Assembly (NCBI GenBank): GCA_024236415.1
Contig: JACKKN010000014.1
Coordinates: 13,045-77,044 of the forward strand
Direction of reading: 5' to 3'
Origin: Hyphomicrobiales bacterium
GTDB lineage: Bacteria > Pseudomonadota > Alphaproteobacteria > Rhodospirillales > JACKKN01
DNA: 64,000 nucleotides
Shown here: one piece after another, positions 24,571 through 33,444 of the stretch
Layout: each line of letters starts with the position of its first letter
Numbering within the stretch: position 1 is the first letter of the stretch
Position numbers and translations under genes: made by a program
The notes under the pieces: generated by a model
Databases searched by the model: none
Told to the model about the DNA's origin: nothing
The model's input: the letters and a program-made list of their open reading frames with translations, nothing else

Positions 24571-27069
24571 ATGCACCGCGGGCTCCGGCGCCCAGTCCCG
24601 AATCGCCTTGCGGCCGCCGTCCTGCTGGGCGCCGCCGCGGCGCTGGCCGCGGGCGCCGCCGCGGCCGGGGTGGCGCCGCCGTTCACCGGCCACTACGCCG
24701 GCGCCCAGGTCGGCTTCGGCGCCCTGGAGACGGACCTGGACGGCCCGCGCGCCGGCACCACGGCCGCCGACGACACCAGCGCCAACGGTTTCGTGGGCGG
24801 CCTGTTCGTGGGCTACGGCCGCGGGTTCGGCAGCCTGTACCTGGGCGGCGAGCTGGAGGCCGCCGCCGCCGACATCGAATCGGCGCAGCGCCTGGCCGGG
24901 GGCGGACGCCTGCAGGACCTGCGCAAGGGGCCCGAGGCCGCGGCCACCCTGCGCGCCGGCTACCTGGTGGACGGCCGCACGCTGCTCTTTGGCCGCGCCG
25001 GCCTGGCCTGGGGCCGGTTCGCCGCCGACATCCGCCCCGCCGACGGCTCCATCCACCGCACCGAGCAGGACCTGTGGGGCCTGCGATTCGGCCTGGGCGG
25101 CGAGTTCGCGGCCAGCCCGCACCTGGCCCTGCGGCTGGAATACGTGCACACCCTGTGGGACGCCTTCGGCCAGCCGTGGAGCGAGACCGGCGTGGCCGGG
25201 GTCGACACCTACGACACCGGCGAGGGCACGGTGCGGGTGGGCCTGGCCTGGCACTTCACGCCGCTCTACGACGGCGCGGCCGATGACGAACCGGGATACG
25301 TCCAGGCCCGGCGCGGCGCCGCGGGCGCCTACGTGGGCCTGCAGACCGGCTACCAGATCCTGTCCGTGCGCCAGAAGGGGCCGCGCGGCGCCGCCGACCT
25401 GTCGAAGAGCGACGACCTGGGCCGCGGCGGGTTCCAGGGCGGCCTGTTCGGCGGCTTCGGCACCTTCTTCGACCGCCTGTACGTGGGCGCCGACTTCGAG
25501 GGCAGCGGTTCGGACACCGAGCTGGAGTCGTCGCGCCTGCCGGGCAGCCGGGTGACCCGGGTGACCAAGCGCTACGACGTGGCGGCGGCGGCGCGGCTGG
25601 GCTACCTGCTGACCCCGGGGACCCTGATCTACGGCCGCCTGGGCGTGGCGGCGGCGCGGTTCAACACCGACGTGATCCTGGCCGACGGCCGCGCCTACGA
25701 CCAGGACGACACCCAGATCGGCATCCGCGCCGGCGCCGGCGCCGAGGTCGCCCTGGGCGACCCGTGGTTCCTGCGGCTGGACTATGCCTACACCCGCTAC
25801 AACGGCTACGAGGTGGACCGCACCAGCGCCGGGCAGCTCGCCGTCGGCGACGTGCACCTGGAGAACTTCGAGAACGAGGAATCCGCCTTCCGGGTCGGCC
25901 TGGGCTACCGCTTCGGCCAGCCGCAGCCGCGCGGCCGCACCACCGCCGCGGCCACCGGCCTGGCCCTGGGGTCGTTCACCGTGCACCCGACCCTGACCCT
26001 GTCCGAGACCTACGACGACAACATCTTCTCGACCCGGGCCATGACTGTGGACGACTTCGTCACCGTGATCACCCCGGCCCTGGCCGTCGAGTCGCAGTGG
26101 GACCGGCACCTGTTGAAGGTCAACGCCGACGCCGGCGTGGTCCGCTACGCCGACAACGGGGCCGAGGACCACGAGAACTACTCGGCCGCCGTCGACGGCC
26201 GCTACGACCTGACCGACAACGCCAACCTGTTCGCCGGCGCGGCCTATGCCCTGGAGCACGAGGGCCGCGAGTCGGCCGACGACGTGAGCGGCAGCGAGCC
26301 CACGCGGTTCGACCGGGTCAACGCCTATGCCGGCGCTTTCGCCCGCCGCGGCAACGCCTCGGTGCGGGCCGGCGGCACCTTCCGCCGCCTGGACTTCGAC
26401 GACGTGCCGGCCACCGGCGGCATGATCAACAACGACGACCGCGACCGCCGGGTCTACACCGGCGGCGTCTGGGCCGGCTATGTGGTGATGCCGCGGGTCG
26501 AGCTGTACGGCCAGGCGGCGGTGGACGTCCGCCGCTACGACTCGGCGGTGGACGACGCCGGCTTCGACCGCGATTCCGACGGCCAGCGGTACCTGGGCGG
26601 GGTCAAGGTGGAGCTGCGCCGCGGGGTCAAGGCCGACCTGTACGCCGGCTACCTGACCCAGGACTACGACGACCCCAGGCTGGCCGACGTGACCGCACCC
26701 CTGATCGGCGCCAAGGTCGAGATCCCGGCCACCGCGGCCACCACCATCACCGGCTACCTGGACCGGACCCTGTCCGAGACCACCCTGGCCGGGGCCTCGG
26801 GCTCGGTCTACACCTCGGTCGGGCTCAAGGTGGGGCACGACCTGACCCCGGACCTGCGCCTGAACCTGGATGCGTCTTACGGCAACGACGACTACCGCGG
26901 CATCAAGCGCAGCGACGATATCCTGCAACTGGGCCTGGGCCTGAAATACGGCGTCACCCCCAACCTGTCCCTGGGCGCCAGCTACGGCTACCGCAACCGG
27001 GACTCGGACGTGCTGGGCCAGAACTACAGCGGACAGCAGGTGTCGCTGTTCGTGGAAGGGGCCTTCTAG
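24571..27069 (+). CDS. outer-membrane protein with three consecutive beta-barrel-type modules
   Basis: 832-aa ORF with a signal peptide (LAAAVLLGAAAALAAGAAAAG). Two Omp25/OmpA-beta-barrel-like modules end in GLAWHF (aa 229, nt 25257) and GLGYRF (aa 448, nt 25914). A ~380-aa module follows with alternating-hydrophobic strands, resembling the putative beta-barrel porin-2 type, and ends in the C-terminal VEGAF. GAGGGGGA RBS. Confidence 0.8.
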   Translation: MHRGLRRPVPNRLAAAVLLGAAAALAAGAAAAGVAPPFTGHYAGAQVGFGALETDLDGPRAGTTAADDTSANGFVGGLFVGYGRGFGSLYLGGELEAAAADIESAQRLAGGGRLQDLRKGPEAAATLRAGYLVDGRTLLFGRAGLAWGRFAADIRPADGSIHRTEQDLWGLRFGLGGEFAASPHLALRLEYVHTLWDAFGQPWSETGVAGVDTYDTGEGTVRVGLAWHFTPLYDGAADDEPGYVQARRGAAGAYVGLQTGYQILSVRQKGPRGAADLSKSDDLGRGGFQGGLFGGFGTFFDRLYVGADFEGSGSDTELESSRLPGSRVTRVTKRYDVAAAARLGYLLTPGTLIYGRLGVAAARFNTDVILADGRAYDQDDTQIGIRAGAGAEVALGDPWFLRLDYAYTRYNGYEVDRTSAGQLAVGDVHLENFENEESAFRVGLGYRFGQPQPRGRTTAAATGLALGSFTVHPTLTLSETYDDNIFSTRAMTVDDFVTVITPALAVESQWDRHLLKVNADAGVVRYADNGAEDHENYSAAVDGRYDLTDNANLFAGAAYALEHEGRESADDVSGSEPTRFDRVNAYAGAFARRGNASVRAGGTFRRLDFDDVPATGGMINNDDRDRRVYTGGVWAGYVVMPRVELYGQAAVDVRRYDSAVDDAGFDRDSDGQRYLGGVKVELRRGVKADLYAGYLTQDYDDPRLADVTAPLIGAKVEIPATAATTITGYLDRTLSETTLAGASGSVYTSVGLKVGHDLTPDLRLNLDASYGNDDYRGIKRSDDILQLGLGLKYGVTPNLSLGASYGYRNRDSDVLGQNYSGQQVSLFVEGAF

Positions 27070-28553
27070 CCGCGCTTGCGCGCGCGCCAGGCGGACCAGG
27101 CCAGGGTGCCGGCGATGGCCAGCAGCAGGGCGCCGCTGATGGGGCGGGTGGCGAACACCGTCACGTCCATGTCGTTGGCCACCAGGCCGTTGCGCAGGTT
27201 GACCTCGATGATGGGGCCCAGCACCAGGCCGATGACGATGGGCGCCATGGGGAAGCCGAACCGGGCCAGGACGTAGCCCAGCACCCCCAGCACGGCGATC
27301 AGCCCGACCTCGAACGGCGCGTTGTTGATGGCGAACCCGCCGGTGGCGCACAGCACGGCGATGAGGGGCAGCAGCACCCGCGGCGGGATGGTCAGGATGC
27401 GCGGCAGCACCCGCCGCGCGCCCAGGCCCAGGACCAGGGTCATCAGCGCCGCCACCAGCAGGATGATCAGGATCTGGGCGAACAGGTCGCCGTGCTCGAT
27501 GATGAAGAACGGGCCCGGGTCGATGCCCTGGATCAGCAGGGCGCCGATCAGCACCGCCGTCACCGTGTCGCCGGGGATGCCCAGGGTCAGCAGCGGCACC
27601 AGGGCGCCGCCGGTGACCGCATTGTTGGCGGACTCGGCGGCGATCACGCCGCGGGTGGCGGCCGCCTCCTCGCCCAGGGCTTCCGCCTTGGCGCGGCCCG
27701 ACTGGCCGAAGGCGATCCACGACGCGATGGTCGGCCCGGTGCCCGGCAGGATGCCGATGAAGGTGCCGATCAGCGAGCTTTTCAGCAACAGCCAGCCGTT
27801 GCGCAGCAGGATGCCCGGCAGGCGCGCCAGGGCCAGGACCTGCTGCGGCGGCAGGGCCGCCGCGTCCTGGCGGGCGGCCGCCTGCAGCAGCATCTCGGCG
27901 ACGGCGAAGAAGGCGATCAGGGCCGGGATCAGGGGCACGCCGCCCTGCAACTCGTACAGCCCGAAGGTGAAGCGGGTGGTGCCGCCCACCTCGTCGATGC
28001 CGATGGTGCCCAGAAACATGCCCATGGCGGCGCCCATGATGCCCTTGACCAGGGACCCGCCCGACACGGCGGCGACGCAGATCAGCCCGAACAGGCCGAG
28101 GGCGAAATACTCGACCGAGGTGAACTCGAGGGCGAAGTTGGCCAGGTTGGGCGCCGCCACCATGAGGATGGCCAGGGAGATGAGGCCGCCCAGCACCGAG
28201 GCCACCACCGCCAGGCTGATGGCCAGGTCGGCCTTGCCGGCCCGGGCCAGGCGGTACCCGTCCAGCGCCGTGGCGGCGTTGCCGGGCGCGCCCGGGGTGT
28301 TGATCAGGATCGCCGGGATGGAGCCGGCGAAGTAGCCGGCCGAATAGATGCCCAGCAGCAGGGCCATGGCGACCTCGAAGCTGGCGCCGAAGGTCAGCGG
28401 CGTGGCGATGGCCACGCCGGTGGTGGCGGTCAGCCCCGGCGAGGCGCCGAACACGAAGCCCACCAGCACGCCGACCAGGACCCACAGCAGGATCTTGGCC
28501 TGAAACACGGCGGCGGCGCCGGCGAGGATGGTGTCGAGCGGGATCAGGTCCAC
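27066..28553 (-). CDS. tctA: tripartite tricarboxylate transporter, large permease
   Basis: ORF 27066..28745 trimmed to the GTG at 28553 (GAGGG RBS, 10 nt downstream of the tctB stop; VDLIPLDTILAGAAAVF...). About 495 aa, multi-pass. TctA-type motifs such as GASPGLTATTGVAI and GILPGTGPTIASWIAF are present. The upstream part of the ORF overlaps tctB out of frame. Confidence 0.85.
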   Translation of the reverse strand: MDLIPLDTILAGAAAVFQAKILLWVLVGVLVGFVFGASPGLTATTGVAIATPLTFGASFEVAMALLLGIYSAGYFAGSIPAILINTPGAPGNAATALDGYRLARAGKADLAISLAVVASVLGGLISLAILMVAAPNLANFALEFTSVEYFALGLFGLICVAAVSGGSLVKGIMGAAMGMFLGTIGIDEVGGTTRFTFGLYELQGGVPLIPALIAFFAVAEMLLQAAARQDAAALPPQQVLALARLPGILLRNGWLLLKSSLIGTFIGILPGTGPTIASWIAFGQSGRAKAEALGEEAAATRGVIAAESANNAVTGGALVPLLTLGIPGDTVTAVLIGALLIQGIDPGPFFIIEHGDLFAQILIILLVAALMTLVLGLGARRVLPRILTIPPRVLLPLIAVLCATGGFAINNAPFEVGLIAVLGVLGYVLARFGFPMAPIVIGLVLGPIIEVNLRNGLVANDMDVTVFATRPISGALLLAIAGTLAWSAWRARKRG

Positions 28554-28563
28554 GGCCCGGCCC

Positions 28564-28998
28564 TCAGAACCACACCGGCAGCAGCACGGTGAAGCCGTAG
28601 CGGAACAGGACGTAGACGCCGGCCGCCGTGGCCGCCGGCAGGACCAGCAGCTCCAGCGGCCGGCGCGACCCCAGCACCCACATGGCGGCGGCCATGAAGG
28701 CGAAGGTGCCCAGGCGGAAGTCCATGATCCGGAAGGTGAGGGCATAGGCCAGGAACAGGGCGGCGAAGGCCAGGCCGCGGCGGTCCAGCAGGCGCCCGAC
28801 CACGGCGCCCAGCGCCGCCGCCCCGGGGCGCAGGGCCAGGGCCAGGCCGCCGGCCAGCAGCACGGCGGCCAGCAGGTAGGGGAAGAAGCGCGCCGACAGG
28901 GTCGGCTGGCTGTCCAGGATGTCCACCCGCGCGGTCGCCGCCGCCAGGGCGAGCCCGGCGGCGGCGGTGGCGATTCCGGCCAGTCTGTCAGCCTTCAT
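28564..28998 (-). CDS. tctB: tripartite tricarboxylate transporter, small permease
   Basis: 144-aa, four-TM ORF lying between the tctC and tctA genes (MKADRLAGIATAAAGLALAAATARV...FFPYLLAAVLLAGG...). Size, position and hydrophobicity fit TctB. Confidence 0.7.
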   Translation of the reverse strand: MKADRLAGIATAAAGLALAAATARVDILDSQPTLSARFFPYLLAAVLLAGGLALALRPGAAALGAVVGRLLDRRGLAFAALFLAYALTFRIMDFRLGTFAFMAAAMWVLGSRRPLELLVLPAATAAGVYVLFRYGFTVLLPVWF

Positions 28999-29028
28999 GG
29001 GTGTGGTCCGGTGGCGGCGGGCGGCCGC

Positions 29029-30003
29029 CTACTTCATCAGACCGATTTCCTTCAGCACCACCGAATGCTTGGCCACGTTGGCGTCGATGCGCTGCTGGAA
29101 GGCGGCGCCGTCCAGGAACGCCTCGTGCAGGTTGAACTTCTTGTACAGCGCGCGGGTCTCGTCGGTGTTGGCCACCTTGGCCACCTCCATGCGCAGCTTG
29201 TCGACCACCGCCTGGGGCGCGCCCTTGTTGGTCAGCAGGCCGAACCAGACGGCGACGGTGAAGTCGTAGCCCTGCTCCTTGAAGGTGGGCGAGTCGGGCA
29301 GGTAGGGCACCCGCGTGTCGGCGGCGACGCCGATCACCCGCAGCTTGCCGGCCTTGGCCAGGGAGGTGTAGTTGGCGGCGCCGACGAACACGAAGTCGAC
29401 CTCGCCGGACAGGGTCTTGGTCACCGCGCCCTTGCCGCCGCGGCCGCCGATGTGGGTCATCTTGATGCCCTGGTCCTTGGCGAAGATTTCCATGTTGATG
29501 TGCTGGGTGGCGCCGGGGCCGGGGGTCGAATACTTGATCTTGCCGGGAGCCGCCTTGGCCGCGTCGACGATGTCCTTGACCGACTTGAACGGGCTGTCGG
29601 CCTTGACCGCCAGGCCGATGGGCGACTCGACCAGCTGGGCGATGGGCACGAAGTCGTCGGTCTTGTAGCCCGGGTCCTTGATCAGCGGCCGCGCCGTCAG
29701 GGCGCCGGTGGACCCCATCAGCAGGGTGTAGCCGTCGTGGGCCGCCTTGTTGGCCTCGGCGGTGCCCTTGCCGCCGCCGGCGCCGGGAATGTTCTTGACG
29801 ATGAACGGCACGCCCATGGCATCCTTCAGGCGGTCGGCGATGACGCGGGCCGACCCGTCCAGGGCGTCGCCGGCGCCGAAGGGCACGATGATCTCGACCG
29901 GCTTCTCGGGGTAGCCGGCGGCCATGGTCGGCGCGGCGGTGAAGGGGGCGGCGGCGGCCGCGGCGATCCAGGCGGCGGCGGCCAGTTTCTTCAGGTGTCC
30001 CAT
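29029..30003 (-). CDS. tctC: tripartite tricarboxylate transporter substrate-binding protein (Bug family)
   Basis: ORF 29029..30105 trimmed to the ATG at 30003 (GGGAGAGG RBS; MGHLKKLAAAAWIAAAAAAPFTAAPTMAAGYPEKPVEIIVPFGAGDALD...NIPGAGGG). These are the canonical Bug/TctC N-terminal motifs. Confidence 0.85.
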   Translation of the reverse strand: MGHLKKLAAAAWIAAAAAAPFTAAPTMAAGYPEKPVEIIVPFGAGDALDGSARVIADRLKDAMGVPFIVKNIPGAGGGKGTAEANKAAHDGYTLLMGSTGALTARPLIKDPGYKTDDFVPIAQLVESPIGLAVKADSPFKSVKDIVDAAKAAPGKIKYSTPGPGATQHINMEIFAKDQGIKMTHIGGRGGKGAVTKTLSGEVDFVFVGAANYTSLAKAGKLRVIGVAADTRVPYLPDSPTFKEQGYDFTVAVWFGLLTNKGAPQAVVDKLRMEVAKVANTDETRALYKKFNLHEAFLDGAAFQQRIDANVAKHSVVLKEIGLMK

Positions 30004-30087
30004 CGGGCCTCTCCCTTGTGTCGGTGGCGTTTCGTGTCGGCGGCGCGGCGTGGTGACTCGGCCGTTGACCGGGGCGCATAACTCATT

Positions 30088-30102
30088 TATACATGTATAT
30101 AC
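30088..30102. promoter_or_regulatory. candidate HutC-type operator in the tctC / hutC-like divergent promoter region
   Basis: A perfect 12-bp palindrome TATACATGTATA (30088-30099) overlaps GTATATAC (30095-30102), which fits the GT-n-TA-n-AC core described for HutC-subfamily GntR operators. It lies in a short, unusually AT-rich intergenic segment (30004-30134). Confidence 0.45.
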
Positions 30103-30134
30103 CAATTATCAAAACGGGTCAAACGGAAACTCCA

Positions 30135-30968
30135 ATGACAGGCAACGGAAACGGCTCCGGGGACGGAGAGGGGGAGGGGCGCAAGCTGCGCCTGCGGGAA
30201 GTGCAGGCCGAGGCGGTCTCGCCGGGCGCCGCGTGGACTTCCGACCAGGAACCCCAGCCCCTGTACCAGACCATCAAGCGGTTCGTGACCGACCACATCG
30301 AATCGGGCGAGTGGAAGCCGGGCCACCGCATCCCGTCCGAGGCCCAGATCGTCAAGATCCTGGGCGTGTCGCGCATGACCGTGAACCGGGCCATCCGCGA
30401 ACTGTCGGCCGAGGGCCGGGTGACCCGCATCCAGGGGGTCGGCACCTTCGTCGCCCAGCCGCGGCCGCGTTCGACCCTGCTGGACATCCGCAGCATCCGC
30501 GACGAGATCACCGACCGCGGCGGCGAGCATAGCTGCCGTGTGGTGGTGCAGGAGATGGAGACGGCCTCGGTGCCCGTGTCCCGGGCCCTGGCCATCGCCA
30601 GCTCGGTGCCGGTGCAGCACGTGGTGCTGCTGCACCTGGAGGACGGCCGCCCGGTGCAGGTCGAGGACCGGTACGTCAACCCGGTGGTGGCGCCCCACTT
30701 CCTGGACCAGGACTTCACCCGCACCACGCCCAGCGACTACCTGCTGAACCTGCTGCCGGTGACGGAGATCGAGCACAACATCGAATCCCGCCTGCCCGAC
30801 GCCCGCGAATGCGAGCTGCTGGCCATCGGCGCCGGCACCCCGGTGCTGGAACTGCGCCGCCGCTCGTGGTCGGGGCGCGCCGTGGTCACCCGGGTGCGCC
30901 TGGTGGGCCCCGGGTCGGTGTTCAGCGTCGGCGGCCGGTTCCGGGTCGGCGACGTGGCCCCGGCCTGA
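30135..30968 (+). CDS. GntR-family transcriptional regulator, HutC subfamily (wHTH + UTRA domain)
   Basis: ORF 30093..30968, with the start taken at ATG 30135. The HTH region is PLYQTIKRFVTDHIESGEWKPGHRIPSEAQIVKILGVSRMTVNRAIRELSAEGRVTRIQGVGTFV, followed by a UTRA-like effector domain. The ~45-aa Gly/Glu-rich N-terminal extension makes the exact start uncertain. Confidence 0.85.
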   Translation: MTGNGNGSGDGEGEGRKLRLREVQAEAVSPGAAWTSDQEPQPLYQTIKRFVTDHIESGEWKPGHRIPSEAQIVKILGVSRMTVNRAIRELSAEGRVTRIQGVGTFVAQPRPRSTLLDIRSIRDEITDRGGEHSCRVVVQEMETASVPVSRALAIASSVPVQHVVLLHLEDGRPVQVEDRYVNPVVAPHFLDQDFTRTTPSDYLLNLLPVTEIEHNIESRLPDARECELLAIGAGTPVLELRRRSWSGRAVVTRVRLVGPGSVFSVGGRFRVGDVAPA

Positions 30969-30995
30969 CGACCCCGGCGAGGAAGGATACCCCCC

Positions 30996-32000
30996 ATGCA
31001 ACGCATCGACGTCACCTACCTGAACCGCGACGACGTGGCCGCCCTGGCCCTGACCGACGACGAGATCATCAACGCCGTCGAGGAGGCCCTGCGCGCCCAG
31101 GGGCTGGGCCAGACGGTGATCGAGACCCGGGTCCACCTGGTCCCCGAGTCCTCGGACAAGGGCCACTTCAACGTCCTGCGCGGGGTGGTCAAGCCGCTGG
31201 GGGTGGCCGGGGTCAAGGTGGTCGGCGACTTCGTCGACAACTACAAGGTCGACCTGCCGTCCGAGGTGGCGGTGCTGAACCTGTTCGACCCGGTGACCGG
31301 GGTGCCCAAGGCGTTCATCGACGCCACCGCCATCACCGACATGCGCACCGGCGCGGTCACCGCCATCGGCGCCAAGTATCTGGCGCGCAAGGACTGCAAG
31401 GTGCTGGGCCACATCGGCGCCCGTGGCACCGCGTACTGGAACGTGCGCCTGCTGGACCACCTGTACGACTTCGACGAGATCCGCGTCCACTCGCGCCGGC
31501 CCGAGAGCCGCGAGGCCTTCGGCGCCCGCCTGTCCGCGGACCTGGGCAAGCCGGTCCGGGTGGTCGACAACTGGCACGACTGCCTCGCCGGCGCCGACAT
31601 CATGGTCGAGGCCTCGCGCCTGCCCGAACCCAAGCCCCTGTTCCTGACCGACTGGGTCAAGAAGGGCGCCTTCGTGGTGCCCTACGGCACCATGAGCGCG
31701 GTCGAACTGTCGCTGACCGACATCATGGACAAGGTGGTGGTGGACGACTGGGGCCAGTGCAAGCCCGGCCGGCCCTTCGGCTCCCTGCGCCGCCACGTGG
31801 ACGAGGGCAAGGTCACCGAACAGACCCTGCACGCCGAGATGGGCCAGATCGTGGCCGGCCACAAGCCGGGCCGCGAACGCGACGACGAGACCAACCTGTT
31901 CTGGCACCGCGGCCTCAGCACCACCGACATCGCCCTGGGCTGGGCCCTGATGGTCAAGGCCCGGGACCGCGGCCTGGGCCAGACCCTGCGCTTCGCCTGA
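30996..32000 (+). CDS. ornithine cyclodeaminase / mu-crystallin family NAD(P)-dependent enzyme
   Basis: 334-aa ORF. MQRIDVTYLNRDDVAALALTDDEIINAVEEAL is a typical OCD-family N-terminus. The Rossmann region is VLGHIGARGTAYWNVRLL. RBS AGGAAGGA. Confidence 0.8.
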   Translation: MQRIDVTYLNRDDVAALALTDDEIINAVEEALRAQGLGQTVIETRVHLVPESSDKGHFNVLRGVVKPLGVAGVKVVGDFVDNYKVDLPSEVAVLNLFDPVTGVPKAFIDATAITDMRTGAVTAIGAKYLARKDCKVLGHIGARGTAYWNVRLLDHLYDFDEIRVHSRRPESREAFGARLSADLGKPVRVVDNWHDCLAGADIMVEASRLPEPKPLFLTDWVKKGAFVVPYGTMSAVELSLTDIMDKVVVDDWGQCKPGRPFGSLRRHVDEGKVTEQTLHAEMGQIVAGHKPGRERDDETNLFWHRGLSTTDIALGWALMVKARDRGLGQTLRFA

Positions 32001-32025
32001 CCCGCCGCCAAGGAGGAACACGCCG

Positions 32026-33411
32026 ATGACCGGAGGCAACGGGCACCATCCGCAGGACCTGCGGCATTTCCTCGCCGACTTCGAGGCCAGCCACCCGGAC
32101 GAGGTGGTGCGCGTGACCGCGCCCGTGGACCTGGACTACGACGCCACCGCCGTCACCTTCGCCTACGAGAAGGCGGGCAGCCCGGTGCTGATCTTCGAGA
32201 ACGTGGCCGGGTCGCGGTTCCCGGTGCTGGCCAACCTGTTCGGCCGCCGTTCGCGCTACGCCGCCGCCCTGGGCTGCGCGCCCGGCGAGCTGATCGAGCG
32301 CTGGGGCAACCTGGACGCCGCCCCCATCAAGCCGCGGCGGGTCGAGACCGGGCCGGTCCTGGACGTGGTGCTGACCGGTGCCGAGGTGGACCTGGGGCGC
32401 CTGCCCATCATGCGCCATTTCCTGGAGGACGGCGGCGCCTACCTGACCAACACCATCGTCGTCGCCCAGGACCCGGAGACGGGGGTGCGCAACGCCTCGT
32501 TCCACCGCATGCAGGTCAACGGTCCGACCCGCCTGGGCACCAGCCTGCACAGCCGCCGCCACCTGTGGAACTACGCCCGCAAGGCCCGGGCCATGGGGCT
32601 CGGCGAACTGCCGGTGGCGGTGGTGATCGGCTGCCACCCCCTGTTCACCTTCGGCGCCGGCCTGTGGAAGGGGCCCATCGGCACCGACGAGTACGACGTC
32701 GCCGGCGGCTTCTTCGGCGCGCCGCTGGAGGTGGTGGCCGGCGTCACCGGGCCGGTGGACGTCCCGGCCCAGGCCGAGATCGTCCTCGAGGGCCGGCTGC
32801 TGCTGGACGCCGACGAGGACGAAGGGCCGTTCGGCGAGTTCACCGGCTATGCCTCGGAACGGTCGACCCGCCACGCCATAGAGGTGACCGGCATCCTGCA
32901 CCGCGGCGATGCCTACTACCACACCATCATCCCCGGCATCTCGGACGAGCACACCCTGCTGCTGGGCGTCTCGCAGGAGGCGCGCCAGCTCAAGGCCCTG
33001 CGCGTGCAATACCCGGCCGTCACCGCCGTGCACTATCCGAAATCGGGCACCTGCCTGCTGCACGCCTACGTCTCGGTCAAGGACCCGGCGCCGGGCGAGG
33101 CGCGCAACATCGCCGCCGCCGCCATCGGCGACAACCTGAGCGTGAAACTGGTGGTGGTGGTGGACGACGACGTCGACGTCTACGACGAGCAGCAGGTCCT
33201 GTGGGCCGTCTGCACCCGGTTCCAGGCCGACACCGACCTGGACGTGATCCGCCACGCCATGGGCGCCATCCTGGACCCGTCCAACGACAACGGCACCACG
33301 GCCAAGCTGATCATCGACGCCACCTGCAAGACCCGGCCCTATGCCCAGCGCCACACCCTGCCCGGGGCGTCGACCGAGAAGGCGCGGAGCCTGGTGCGCC
33401 CGCGCGGCTGA
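32026..33411 (+). CDS. UbiD-family (prFMN-dependent) decarboxylase
   Basis: 461-aa ORF with UbiD-family motifs as I recall them: DLRHFLADFEASHPDEVVRVTAPVDLDYDATAV, PVLIFENV, GGAYLTNTIVVAQDPETGVRNASFHRMQV and EGPFGEFTGYAS. RBS AAGGAGGA. Lies 25 nt after the OCD-like gene. Confidence 0.85.
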   Translation: MTGGNGHHPQDLRHFLADFEASHPDEVVRVTAPVDLDYDATAVTFAYEKAGSPVLIFENVAGSRFPVLANLFGRRSRYAAALGCAPGELIERWGNLDAAPIKPRRVETGPVLDVVLTGAEVDLGRLPIMRHFLEDGGAYLTNTIVVAQDPETGVRNASFHRMQVNGPTRLGTSLHSRRHLWNYARKARAMGLGELPVAVVIGCHPLFTFGAGLWKGPIGTDEYDVAGGFFGAPLEVVAGVTGPVDVPAQAEIVLEGRLLLDADEDEGPFGEFTGYASERSTRHAIEVTGILHRGDAYYHTIIPGISDEHTLLLGVSQEARQLKALRVQYPAVTAVHYPKSGTCLLHAYVSVKDPAPGEARNIAAAAIGDNLSVKLVVVVDDDVDVYDEQQVLWAVCTRFQADTDLDVIRHAMGAILDPSNDNGTTAKLIIDATCKTRPYAQRHTLPGASTEKARSLVRPRG

Positions 33412-33444
33412 TCCGGTCGCCGTCGCCCGGGGTGGCGGCGGGGA

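Noticed and set aside
24517-28485. 1322-aa minus-strand ORF across the OMP gene and into tctA
   Set aside because: It is antisense to the OMP gene and out of frame with tctA, and the sequence is low-complexity Arg/Gly/Pro-rich. The OMP and TctA readings have clear family motifs.
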